Shown here piece by piece: positions 8,138 to 16,827 of a stretch of 64,000 nt of DNA. The position numbers and the translations under genes are program-made. The notes under the pieces are model-generated. The model saw only the letters and a program-made list of their open reading frames with translations, was not told the origin of the DNA and did no database searches. Origin of the DNA: Dehalococcoidia bacterium (GTDB taxonomy: Bacteria; Chloroflexota; Dehalococcoidia; Lucifugimonadales; UBA3495); the NCBI GenBank assembly GCA_965203195.1, contig OZ241860.1, positions 24,433 through 88,432 on the forward strand, in the 5' to 3' direction. Within the stretch, counting starts at the first letter, position 1. Each line of letters begins with the position of its first letter.

Positions 8138-9340
8138 ATGCCTCAACCACTGGAAAACATCAAGGTCGTCGACCTCACGCGCACCCTCGCCGGCCCCTTC
8201 TGCACCCAGAACCTGGCCGATATGGGCGCCGATGTCGTCAAAATCGAGGAACCCAACGACGGCGACGAAACCCGCAAATGGCCGCCCATCTGGAACGGCG
8301 AAAGCACCCAGTTCCTCTCTTTCAACCGCAACAAGCGCAGCCTGTCCGTCAACCTCAAGTCCGACGAGGGCTTGGCCATCGTCAAAAAACTGGCCGCCGG
8401 GGCGGACATAATGATTGAAAGCTTCCGCGCCGGAACCCTGGCGCGGTTCGGGCTGGGCTACGACGACATCAAGGCCATCAACCCCGACATCATCTACTGC
8501 ACCATCTCCGGCTACGGGCGCACCGGGCCTATGGCCAGCAAGCCCGGCTACGACCTCATCATCCAGGCTTACAGCGGCCTGATGCACCTCACCGGCGAAC
8601 CCGACGGCGCTCCCCAGCGGGTGGGCTTCTCCCTGGTTGACCTGTTCACCGGGATGATGGCTTTCGGCTCCATCGTCACGGCCCTCTACCACCGCGATCA
8701 AACCGGCGAAGGCCAGCTGATTGACGCCGCCCTGCTGGACGGCCAGGTTGCCGCCATGAGCTACCACGCCACCGGCTACATCGGCACCGGCGTGGAACCC
8801 CACCGCCTGGGATCCGGCCATCCCAGCCTAGTTCCCTACCAGAGCTTCCCGGCGTCCGACGGCTACTTCATCCTCGGCGTGGCCAACCCCAACCTTTGGG
8901 AACGCTTCTGCCACGCCATCGGACACCCCGAACTGAAAGACGACCCCAAATTCGCCACCAACCCCGACCGGGTGGCGCACCGCGCCGAGATGATTGACCT
9001 GCTCAACGGCATCTTTGCCACCAACACCGTGGCCCATTGGGTCAAGGTCATTGACGACGCCGGCGTCCCCGTGGGCCCCATCAACAAAACCTCCGATGTG
9101 GTGGCCGACGCGCAAGTCAAGGCGCGGGATATGTTCCTGCCCATCGACCACCCCAATGTCCCCGACCTGCGCGTCCCCAACTCGCCCATCAAGCTGCAAG
9201 CCACGCCGGCCCGGCTGCGCCGCCCGCCGCCGCTGCTGGGGCAGCACAACGACGAAGTCCTGGCCGAACTGGGCTACGAAGCCGACGCCATCGCCGTCCT
9301 CAAAAACGCCGGCGTCATCGGGCGGACAGAGACGCCGTAA
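8138..9340 (+). CDS. Family III CoA-transferase (CaiB/BaiF)
   Basis: LAGPFC..LADMGADVVKIE, NRNKRS, GYDLIIQA and PPLLGQH motifs; TGcTATAAT upstream. Confidence 0.92.
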   Translation: MPQPLENIKVVDLTRTLAGPFCTQNLADMGADVVKIEEPNDGDETRKWPPIWNGESTQFLSFNRNKRSLSVNLKSDEGLAIVKKLAAGADIMIESFRAGTLARFGLGYDDIKAINPDIIYCTISGYGRTGPMASKPGYDLIIQAYSGLMHLTGEPDGAPQRVGFSLVDLFTGMMAFGSIVTALYHRDQTGEGQLIDAALLDGQVAAMSYHATGYIGTGVEPHRLGSGHPSLVPYQSFPASDGYFILGVANPNLWERFCHAIGHPELKDDPKFATNPDRVAHRAEMIDLLNGIFATNTVAHWVKVIDDAGVPVGPINKTSDVVADAQVKARDMFLPIDHPNVPDLRVPNSPIKLQATPARLRRPPPLLGQHNDEVLAELGYEADAIAVLKNAGVIGRTETP

Positions 9341-9369
9341 GCCCGCCGCGCCGGAACCATCAATCAATC

Positions 9370-9395
9370 GGGGATTGACTATCCCGTCAGTCCCC
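9370..9395 (+). terminator. Hairpin after the CoA-transferase gene
   Basis: GGGGATTGAC-6 nt-GTCAGTCCCC. Confidence 0.45.
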
Positions 9396-9621
9396 TCAAA
9401 ATCCTGAAATCCATTGGTTCGCACAAGGCGGGTTATGTTACGCAAAAGGCCGTTTGCAGCCCTTTTTGACATAACATACCGCATATCGCGAACTGCCGGC
9501 CGTCGCTTCCAACCTGCTCCCGACAGCGCCGGAAACCGACTGCCGGGCCGGGCGACCCGCCCGCGTGGCTGCCCGGCCGCCGGCGGCGCCGGAATCCCTG
9601 ATACAGGAGGCCATCACGCCA

Positions 9622-10110
9622 ATGGGCATCCTTACCCCCGAAATGCAGCAGGCGCTGGCCGAGCAGCGTCTGATTTTCGCCGCCACCGTCGGCCCCGACG
9701 GAACGCCCAACCTGTCCCCCAAAGGCACGGCGATGGTTTGGGATGACGACCACATCCTCTTTGCCGACCTGGCGTCCCCCGGCACCATGCGCAACCTGGC
9801 CGCCAACCCGGCCATTGAAATCAACATCGTCAGCCCGTTTTCCCGCCGGGGCTACCGCTTCAAAGGCGCGGCCGCCATTCATAAGGACGATGACATCCAC
9901 GCCGCCGTTGTGGCGCGGATGCGCGCCGGCGCCCCGTCATTGCAGGGCCTGGCCGACCGGGTGCGCGCCGTTGCCCTGGTCAAGGTGGAGCAGGCCCTGC
10001 CCCTGGTATCCCCCGGCTACTGGAACGGCGCCACCGAAGCGGAAATGCGCCGGGAATGGGAAGCCTACTGGCAGGCCGCCAACGCCCGGTGGCGCGACCA
10101 GCACGGCTGA
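9622..10110 (+). CDS. Pyridoxamine 5'-phosphate oxidase-like split-barrel flavin/F420-binding protein
   Basis: ATVGPDGTPNLSPKG, TMRNLAANP and GYRFKG motifs; AGGAGG upstream. Confidence 0.85.
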   Translation: MGILTPEMQQALAEQRLIFAATVGPDGTPNLSPKGTAMVWDDDHILFADLASPGTMRNLAANPAIEINIVSPFSRRGYRFKGAAAIHKDDDIHAAVVARMRAGAPSLQGLADRVRAVALVKVEQALPLVSPGYWNGATEAEMRREWEAYWQAANARWRDQHG

Positions 10111-10141
10111 TGCGGCGCGCGCGCCTACCAAAAAATGCCGC

Positions 10142-10170
10142 TTGCGCGCCGCCCCGATACCCGCTATAAT
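10142..10170 (+). promoter_or_regulatory. Promoter of the tRNA cluster
   Basis: TTGCGC-17 bp-TATAAT. Confidence 0.6.
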
Positions 10171-10189
10171 GGCTGGTGAAAGTCGCTCC

Positions 10190-10265
10190 GGGCGGTTAGC
10201 TCAGCGGTTAGAGCGCCTCGTTCACACCGAGGAGGTCGGAGGTTCAAATCCTCCATCGCCCACCA
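10190..10265 (+). tRNA. tRNA-Val(CAC)
   Basis: Cloverleaf; anticodon arm CCTCG-TTCACAC-CGAGG; GGTTCAAATCC; CCA encoded. Confidence 0.95.
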
Positions 10266-10320
10266 GGGTTTATGACCGCATCCGGCCCGGCCGCTTTCAC
10301 CGGGAAATCCAGGCCCCTCC

Positions 10321-10407
10321 GCCGAGGTGGCGAAACGGCAGACGCGCTGCGTTCAGGGCGCAGTGTCCTTTACGGACGTGTGGGTTCAAATCCCTCCCTC
10401 GGCACCA
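10321..10407 (+). tRNA. tRNA-Leu(CAG)
   Basis: Anticodon arm CTGCG-TTCAGGG-CGCAG; long variable arm; CCA encoded. Confidence 0.95.
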
Positions 10408-10443
10408 TCATTCCTTTCGGCGGCCCCGGGTTCCCCCAACCGC

Positions 10444-10519
10444 GCGCTTGTAGCTCAGTGGATAGAGCGCTGCCCTGCGGAGGCAGAGGTCGTGAGTTCG
10501 AATCTCGCCAAGCGCGCCA
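10444..10519 (+). tRNA. tRNA-Arg(GCG)
   Basis: Acceptor GCGCTTG/CAAGCGC; anticodon arm CTGCC-CTGCGGA-GGCAG; CCA encoded. Confidence 0.93.
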
Positions 10520-10572
10520 TTTTACGGCCCCGCCGCGCTTGTCATTATGACAACAGGACAACACCAACCCAC

Positions 10573-10649
10573 GGGCGGTTAGCTCAGCCGGTTAGAGCGT
10601 CTGCTTTACACGCAGAAGGCCGGGGGTTCGAGCCCCTCACCGCCCACCA
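10573..10649 (+). tRNA. tRNA-Val(TAC)
   Basis: Anticodon arm TCTGC-TTTACAC-GCAGA; GGTTCGAGCC; CCA encoded. Confidence 0.95.
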
Positions 10650-10672
10650 CCCCCGATTTCAGCGAGGCCACT

Positions 10673-11425
10673 ATGTCATTCAGCGACGACTACGCCAGCT
10701 TGGTGTGCGACTTCAAGGCCCAAGTCGAAAAAGACAATCGTTGCGGCATCAAGTCCGTATTCATCCCCAACATCAGGCCGCAGGCTCCCGTGGATTTCGT
10801 CCTGATCGGCGCAGAGCCATCTCTGGGCGGAAAGGGCTATGACGCATTCAGCAAAATGATAGATGGCGGATTCAAAAATTTCGCCCTGTCGTTCGAGGAT
10901 TTCATCCTGCATTTTTGCGTCAGGGAGTACCTCTGTAAAGGAGGTGGTACGTACTACCTCACGGACTTGTCAAAAGGCGCAATGGCGACCAAATATGCCG
11001 CTTCCAAGTCTCTCAACAAGTACAAGGAATGGTATCCGCTCTTACAGAAAGAGCTCGAGCTTGTGGCAAAACCCGGCGCACGGAGAATAGCCATTGGCAA
11101 TACCGCAGGAAATTTTCTCAGCAGAATGAAATCGTACCCCCCAGATCGAACCATTCTGCATTACTCTCCGCAAGCCTCAAAATATAGAGGCAAGAAGATC
11201 GAGGGCAGGGAGCGTTCTTACTGCACATTCGCCAAAAGGATCAGCGTTGATGTCATCATAGACACTGCCAAAGCTGTCTGGCGTGACGCTGATATGGAGC
11301 CATTTCAGCATGACCTCCTGGAGCAACTTAACGGGGGAAGCGGCCTGACGGAGTCCAGAAAGAAGCTGATGTTTGACTACAAAGTGGCGTTTGAGGAGAT
11401 TCGCAAATCTGGCGTGCGCGGCTAG
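10673..11425 (+). CDS. Uracil-DNA glycosylase superfamily-like protein
   Basis: VLIGAEPS, YYLTDLSKG, ELELVAKP...IAIG and ILHYSPQ occur in the UDG-fold motif order; visibly lower GC; directly behind tRNA-Val. Confidence 0.6.
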   Translation: MSFSDDYASLVCDFKAQVEKDNRCGIKSVFIPNIRPQAPVDFVLIGAEPSLGGKGYDAFSKMIDGGFKNFALSFEDFILHFCVREYLCKGGGTYYLTDLSKGAMATKYAASKSLNKYKEWYPLLQKELELVAKPGARRIAIGNTAGNFLSRMKSYPPDRTILHYSPQASKYRGKKIEGRERSYCTFAKRISVDVIIDTAKAVWRDADMEPFQHDLLEQLNGGSGLTESRKKLMFDYKVAFEEIRKSGVRG

Positions 11426-11473
11426 TTTCCGTGTCTATACCGGGAATCACCACGCTCGCCTACCCGTCGCCGC

Positions 11474-11515
11474 CAAAATGCGCCCGGCCGCCTATGGGTG
11501 GCCGGGCGCATTTTG
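11474..11515. terminator. Bidirectional intrinsic terminator
   Basis: CAAAATGCGCCCGGCC / GGCCGGGCGCATTTTG perfect inverted repeat between convergent genes. Confidence 0.8.
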
Positions 11516-11545
11516 ACAGCACAGATCATCCCGGCGTTAGCCCGC

Positions 11546-12286
11546 CTACTGGTGCGCCTTCAAAAACCCCCGCACCTGCTCAATCGTCCTGGCGAACACC
11601 TCCGCATCCTCCTTCCACGGGTACGCCGTAACCTCCGCTTTCGGCGCCAGCTCCGCCATCGCCATCGCCGCCTCCAGCGAATGCGCCGGCGTGTCATCCG
11701 GCATCACCAGCAGCGGCGTCTGGCACTGCCGCGCAAAGTCCCGCGACACGCTGTACACGAAATCCGGCTGCACGCGGTACAGGTTGTGCAGGTACTGCTC
11801 CACAATCTCCATCGTTATGTCCGGCCGCCGGGCGCACAGCTCCGGCGCCCAGATGTCGCGCCCGGAGTCGTACATCGCGTCCGGCGTCTTGCTGGCGTGT
11901 CCCACCGGCTGGCACAGCACCGCCGCCGCCACCCGTTCCGGCGCCCGTTCAATCAGCTTCATCGCAAAGGGGCCGCCGATGCAGTAGCCCATAAACAGGA
12001 ACCGTTCTATGCCCAGGTGATCCATCAGCCCCAGCTGGTCATCGGCGAAGGCTCCCCACGGATCCTCAACCGGCACTGGCCCGCTGGACTCGCCGCCGTT
12101 GGCGTTGCGCTGGTCCATCGTAATGCAACGGAAATCGTCCTTGAACTCCGCCATAGCGTTGAACACCTGCGTCGGCCAGTTGCCGACCACCGAGTTCAAT
12201 CCCCCGCCGGGGGTAACCAGCAGCGGGAACCCGGCCCCGGCCTCCTCGTAGTGTATGCGGACATCCCCTTTGGTATAGAACGGCAT
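11546..12286 (-). CDS. Alpha/beta hydrolase with Cys at the nucleophile elbow
   Basis: IHYEEAG.GFPLL, MDQRN and GYCIGG. Confidence 0.85.
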   Translation of the reverse strand: MPFYTKGDVRIHYEEAGAGFPLLVTPGGGLNSVVGNWPTQVFNAMAEFKDDFRCITMDQRNANGGESSGPVPVEDPWGAFADDQLGLMDHLGIERFLFMGYCIGGPFAMKLIERAPERVAAAVLCQPVGHASKTPDAMYDSGRDIWAPELCARRPDITMEIVEQYLHNLYRVQPDFVYSVSRDFARQCQTPLLVMPDDTPAHSLEAAMAMAELAPKAEVTAYPWKEDAEVFARTIEQVRGFLKAHQ

Positions 12287-12466
12287 TGCGGTTTCTCCTT
12301 CCCAGCTTTCGGAGCCGGATTTGGGGGCAATTGTAACCGGGGGCGCCGGGTTGTCAAGGCGAATGCCGCCGGCCGGCGCCACGCGGCGGCCTACCCGGCC
12401 CACGATTTGTGGTATATTACCCCCAAATCACCAAGCGCAGCCCGCCCGGCGGCAAGGCGGCCCATT

Positions 12467-13432
12467 ATGCCCAACGAACAGCAGCAGCGACTTTTCACCC
12501 TCACCGACCACCCCACGGCCCACTACCTTATCGCCGGCTGGCGCCGGCAGTGGTCCAACGGCGGCCGCATTTCCAGCGGCCTGCCCCGCTACCTCATTGA
12601 GAAAAATGACGCGCGGCAAATCGGGCAGCTGACCGATTATGTGAACCGGATGTGCTACCCCTTCCAGGTGGCCGGCACCCACGACGCCTTCCGGCCCGCC
12701 GCCGCTTTCCACGAGGGGCTGCCCAGCGCGGCCATGAGCCGGCAGAACGCCTTCTACGAAATCGGCAACGGCCTCATCGTGTTCCTGGGCGAGGAACCCT
12801 GGTTCCGGCTGGACATCTACGCCGCCGCCTTTTTCGCGGCCATCGCCGCGCTGGGCATCCGGCAGACCGTCGCCGTCGAAGGCGTCAACGGCCCGGCGCC
12901 CCCCGACCTGGAACGGCGCATCACCTGCGTCTATTCCCGCCCGGAAATGCGCGACACCCTGGAACGCTACGGCGTCCAGTTCTCCAGCTACGGCAGCCGC
13001 GGCCGCCAGGGCCCTACCATCGGCATGGCCCTGGTCTCCATCGCTCACTACGAACACCCCGATGTCCAGATGTTCCGTATGGGCGCCATGGCCCCGATGT
13101 ACCCCTTTATGACCAGCAACAACAACCAGGTGGGCATCACCCAGGATCACCGTTCCTATTACGACATCCTGCGCCGCCTGCGTTCCCTGTTCAAAATTGA
13201 TCTGGACCTGTCCGAGCTGGAACAGCTGGGCAGCCGGGAATCGCAAGACCTGCTGGACAACCTGGAACGCCTGGGCCGTTCCAACAGCGAAGCGCGCCAG
13301 ATTATCGACCAGGTGCGGCTGGACTACCAGTACACGCCCTTCGTGGAGCCGGTGGACCTGGATCCGGCCCTGGACCAGGCGCTGGAAAACATCCTGCGCG
13401 ACATCGGCGAACCGCCCCCGCGCGACCCCTAG
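12467..13432 (+). CDS. PAC2 (proteasome assembly chaperone-like) family protein
   Basis: IAGW..WSNGG..S, GEEPW and the C-terminal IDLDLSEL pattern; start at MPNEQ. Confidence 0.7.
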   Translation: MPNEQQQRLFTLTDHPTAHYLIAGWRRQWSNGGRISSGLPRYLIEKNDARQIGQLTDYVNRMCYPFQVAGTHDAFRPAAAFHEGLPSAAMSRQNAFYEIGNGLIVFLGEEPWFRLDIYAAAFFAAIAALGIRQTVAVEGVNGPAPPDLERRITCVYSRPEMRDTLERYGVQFSSYGSRGRQGPTIGMALVSIAHYEHPDVQMFRMGAMAPMYPFMTSNNNQVGITQDHRSYYDILRRLRSLFKIDLDLSELEQLGSRESQDLLDNLERLGRSNSEARQIIDQVRLDYQYTPFVEPVDLDPALDQALENILRDIGEPPPRDP

Positions 13433-13519
13433 CCCGGCCGGAACGGGAACCGGCCTGCCATCGTCCCGCCCGCGCTATCGTCCCGTCCACGCCATCGCCC
13501 GGTGCGCCCCCGCTACGCC

Positions 13520-14902
13520 CTAGACTATGGGCCAGCGGGGGCGAAAATCTGTCCCCGTCCGCCTGATCAGCGCCTCGCCCCGCGCCTGCACTTCCGCCAC
13601 CAGCGCCGCCTCGTCGGTGAATTGGGGCCGGTAATCCGCCACCACCACCCGCCCGTTGACCACCACCGTATGCACGCTGCGTCCGTCGGCGTTGTACACC
13701 AGGCTGTTCACCGGGTTATGCAGCGCGCCCCATTCCGCCCGCCGGGTGTCAAACAACGCCACATCCGCCGCCTTGCCCGGCTCCACGGAGCCGATTATGT
13801 CATCCATCCCCAAAGCCGCCGCGCCCCGTATCGTGCCCAGTTCCAGCGCCATCTCCGCCGGCACCATCCCTACATCCTGCCGCCCGTCCTTGTACAGCGT
13901 CGCCGCCAGATAAACCGACCGCAGCGTTTCCAGCAGGTTGGAATTGTTGCCGGCGTCCGTGCCCAGTCCTGCCCTGACCCCGGCGGCCAGCAGTTCCGGC
14001 AGGCGTCCGTGCCGGGTCATTCCGGCCCCGCCTTTGACGGCGGCCGCAGGACACATCACCACGCCGGCGCCCCGTTCCGCAATCAGCCGCGCCTCGTCAT
14101 CCCCAATCCCCAGGCAGTGGGACAGCGTCATCGCCGGCCCCAGCGCGCCGCATTGCTCCAGATACTCGGTCGGCGTAACCCCGCGCGCCCGCCGGCATTC
14201 CTCAATCCACCGCGCCCCGTTGTTGAAATGCAGCGTGGCCCGCGTCCCCCTTGCCGCCGCGATTTCGTAGCACGCCGCCAGCAGCTCCGGCGAGCAATAC
14301 TCCGGCGAAAAGGGCATCGCCCACGCCGAAACCATTCCCGCCAGCGCCCCGTCGTACCCGGCGATGGCGTCCTGCGTTATGCCGATGGCCTCGTCCGTGC
14401 CGTACACCGGCAGGTTGAGCGGGTTCTCCCGGTCTTGCACGCTGCGCCCGACCACAATGCGGCAGCCGGCTTGCCGGTACGCTTCCAGGCAGACGTCCAG
14501 ATGGGTCGTGCTGCCTGGATCCACAAAGGTCGTTGTGCCGTACTTCAGCAGCTCCGTTATCGCCAGCAGCGAAGTGGCGAATTCGTCCTCCGCCGTCATT
14601 GCCGCCTGCAACCGGAACACATTCGGCAGATAGTCCGGCCCCAGATCGTCGGGAAACAGCCCCCGCACCGCGTGGGAGTAGCTGATGTGCATATGCCCGT
14701 TCACAAAGCCCGGCGTCATCACCATTCCGCCGGCGTCAATCACCCGCTCCGCCGCAACCCCCGCCAGTTCCGCCGCCTTGCCCACCCGCGCAATGCGCCC
14801 GTCCGTTATCGCCACCGACCCGTCGGCGATAATCCGGCGTTCCGGGTCCATGGTTACGATGTAACGCGCCCCTTCGATCTTCAGCGTAGCCTCTGCCTGC
14901 AT
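13520..14902 (-). CDS. Metal-dependent amidohydrolase (MtaD/AtzA-like deaminase family)
   Basis: PGFVNGHMH, GTTTFVD, GLGTD and GSVEPGKAAD motifs. Confidence 0.9.
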   Translation of the reverse strand: MQAEATLKIEGARYIVTMDPERRIIADGSVAITDGRIARVGKAAELAGVAAERVIDAGGMVMTPGFVNGHMHISYSHAVRGLFPDDLGPDYLPNVFRLQAAMTAEDEFATSLLAITELLKYGTTTFVDPGSTTHLDVCLEAYRQAGCRIVVGRSVQDRENPLNLPVYGTDEAIGITQDAIAGYDGALAGMVSAWAMPFSPEYCSPELLAACYEIAAARGTRATLHFNNGARWIEECRRARGVTPTEYLEQCGALGPAMTLSHCLGIGDDEARLIAERGAGVVMCPAAAVKGGAGMTRHGRLPELLAAGVRAGLGTDAGNNSNLLETLRSVYLAATLYKDGRQDVGMVPAEMALELGTIRGAAALGMDDIIGSVEPGKAADVALFDTRRAEWGALHNPVNSLVYNADGRSVHTVVVNGRVVVADYRPQFTDEAALVAEVQARGEALIRRTGTDFRPRWPIV

Positions 14903-14949
14903 CCTGTCCTCCGTAAAAAGCCGGCGGCCCCGGTTCCCGCAAAACCGGG

Positions 14950-15840
14950 CTAACGGAACAGGGTAATCGCCGCCAGCCCGGCTACGATGAGCGCGGCTCC
15001 GGTCAGCTGCCCCTTCGTAATCCTTTCCTTTAATACGACCGCGCCCAGCAGGACTCCGAACAGCAGCCCCATTTCCCGGGCCGGCGCCACATAGCTGACA
15101 TCGGCGATCCGCATTGCGGTCAGCGTCAGCCCGTAGGCGACAAACAGCAGCAGCGACGCCGCCATCGCCGACCGCGCCCCGCTGCGCCACTCGCTGGCAA
15201 TGGCCGCCACCCCGTGGGCGCGGATGATGTAGGGCAGCAGGCCCACGGCCACGCCGCAGGTCATCAGGTACAGGTAAAGGAACGGGCTGATGTAGCCCAC
15301 GCCGCGCTTGTCAACGATAGTGTACAGCGCAATCCAGACTCCGGTCAGCAGGGCGTAGCCGATGCCGGCGGCGTTAGTCCGCCATTCTCCCGCCGATGCC
15401 GTCGCCAGCCCGCGCAGCTTGCCCCACCAGGCCATTATGTAAATGCCGGCCACGATGCCGGCAATGCCCGCCCAGGCTCCCGCCGTTACCGATTCCCCCA
15501 GCGTCCAGACGGCCAGTATCGGAACCAGCCCCGGCCCGAAGCCCCGCGCGATGGGATACACCAGCGCCAGATCGCTGCGCGCCAGGCTGCGTCCCAGGCA
15601 GACGAAGTAGCAGATATGCAGCAGCGTGGTGCCGACCACATACCAGATGCCCACCGGCTCGAAATCCGTCCGCAGCGCCAGGACGACGCCCACGGGCAGC
15701 AGCGCCACCGCCCCGAACGCCGACAGCCACCAGACGAAAACCTCCTGCCGGCGCGCCCGCTTCAGGAGCAGGTTCCAGGTGGCGTGCGCTCCCGCTGACG
15801 CTGCCACCAGTCCCAGCGCCAGCAGCGTAGTTGTGTCCAC
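14950..15840 (-). CDS. EamA/DMT family transporter
   Basis: HATWNLLLK, LVYPIARG, YTIVDK, APARE and LKE motifs; about 10 TM segments; GTG start inferred. Confidence 0.88.
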   Translation of the reverse strand: MDTTTLLALGLVAASAGAHATWNLLLKRARRQEVFVWWLSAFGAVALLPVGVVLALRTDFEPVGIWYVVGTTLLHICYFVCLGRSLARSDLALVYPIARGFGPGLVPILAVWTLGESVTAGAWAGIAGIVAGIYIMAWWGKLRGLATASAGEWRTNAAGIGYALLTGVWIALYTIVDKRGVGYISPFLYLYLMTCGVAVGLLPYIIRAHGVAAIASEWRSGARSAMAASLLLFVAYGLTLTAMRIADVSYVAPAREMGLLFGVLLGAVVLKERITKGQLTGAALIVAGLAAITLFR

Positions 15841-15927
15841 AAAGGCCGTCGCTAAAAGCAAAACCGCCGGCGGGCAGCCCGGCCCGGTCGGCGGTGGCGT
15901 AGTTGTGCGTATGATGCGCGGTGAAAG

Positions 15928-16004
15928 TGGTGGCGCATAGGGGATTCGAACCCCTGATCTCCGCCTTGAGAGGGCGGTGTCCTGGGCCGCTAGACGAATG
16001 CGCC
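15928..16004 (-). tRNA. tRNA-Glu(CTC)
   Basis: Reverse complement reads GGCGCATTCGTCTAGCGG...CCGCC-CTCTCAA-GGCGG...GGTTCGAATCCCCTATGCGCCACCA. Confidence 0.95.
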
Positions 16005-16202
16005 ACGCCCGCAACCGGCGGCAACCCGCCAAGTCCAGACCAATTTTACCAGACTCCGGCCCCCTTGCCAACCGCAAGAATCGGCCCGGGGCGCAGCCTG
16101 GCGGAAGCAAAAGCGAGGCGGGGCAGCCGGTTAGACCGCCCCGCCCCGCCGCGTGGCCGTGTTAGCTTTGAATTTGCTCCTCGTTGGCTTGCTTGCTTGA
16201 GG

Positions 16203-16436
16203 TCACCCGGTGTGCTTCGCCGTGGCGGCGCAGTCTCCCCCCAGGTCCTCCATCACCTTCTTGGCGACGGTGTGCGCCGCCGTGGAGCGGTCGTTGCCGT
16301 GACCGGCGCCCACGATGGTGTCCAGAGAGGCTTGGAAGGCGGCCCAGTAAATCCGCGACAACCCGACGGCGGCCTGGGACGCCTCCTGGGGGGTTGCGGG
16401 ACGCTGGTCCGCGCGGGCGTTACGTTCCGTTCCCAT
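16203..16436 (-). CDS. Hypothetical 77-aa protein
   Basis: Strong AGGAGG SD and TGcTATGCT extended -10 upstream; no motif recognised. Confidence 0.5.
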   Translation of the reverse strand: MGTERNARADQRPATPQEASQAAVGLSRIYWAAFQASLDTIVGAGHGNDRSTAAHTVAKKVMEDLGGDCAATAKHTG

Positions 16437-16827
16437 TTCAACTATCCTCCTGGTGAATTACCCTGCGGCCTCTTTTGGGAGATCCCCGACCCGTAACCGG
16501 AGACCCCTTGCCGGGCGGCAGGACAAGGCCAGCATAGCACATCCGCCGTCAGGCAAATTTGCCGCCACTGCTTAATCGGGGTTGCATTTCGGATTTCATA
16601 CCGCTAATCCGTATATGGACGCTGAATATCGCATCTATCTACTGGAATTCGTAATTAAATTGGCGGTTTTCGTAATTTCACAGGCCACGAAAGACAGCCG
16701 GGCTCGCCCCCATCGCCGCCTCCACTCCGGCTCCGGCGGCGCGCGGCGCCAGCCATTCGCCCTCGCCCCAAAGCGCCCGCGCAGCGCTAAACTGCTTATG
16801 TCATCCCGTCAAGGAGGCCCAGCCCCG

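Noticed and set aside
10650-11470. Integrative element or prophage at tRNA-Val
   Set aside because: No integrase, no duplicated tRNA 3' end and no phage genes; only one foreign-looking gene.
11498-12466. N-terminal half of the 644-aa ORF 11498-13432
   Set aside because: Antisense to the alpha/beta hydrolase; the real gene most likely starts at 12467.
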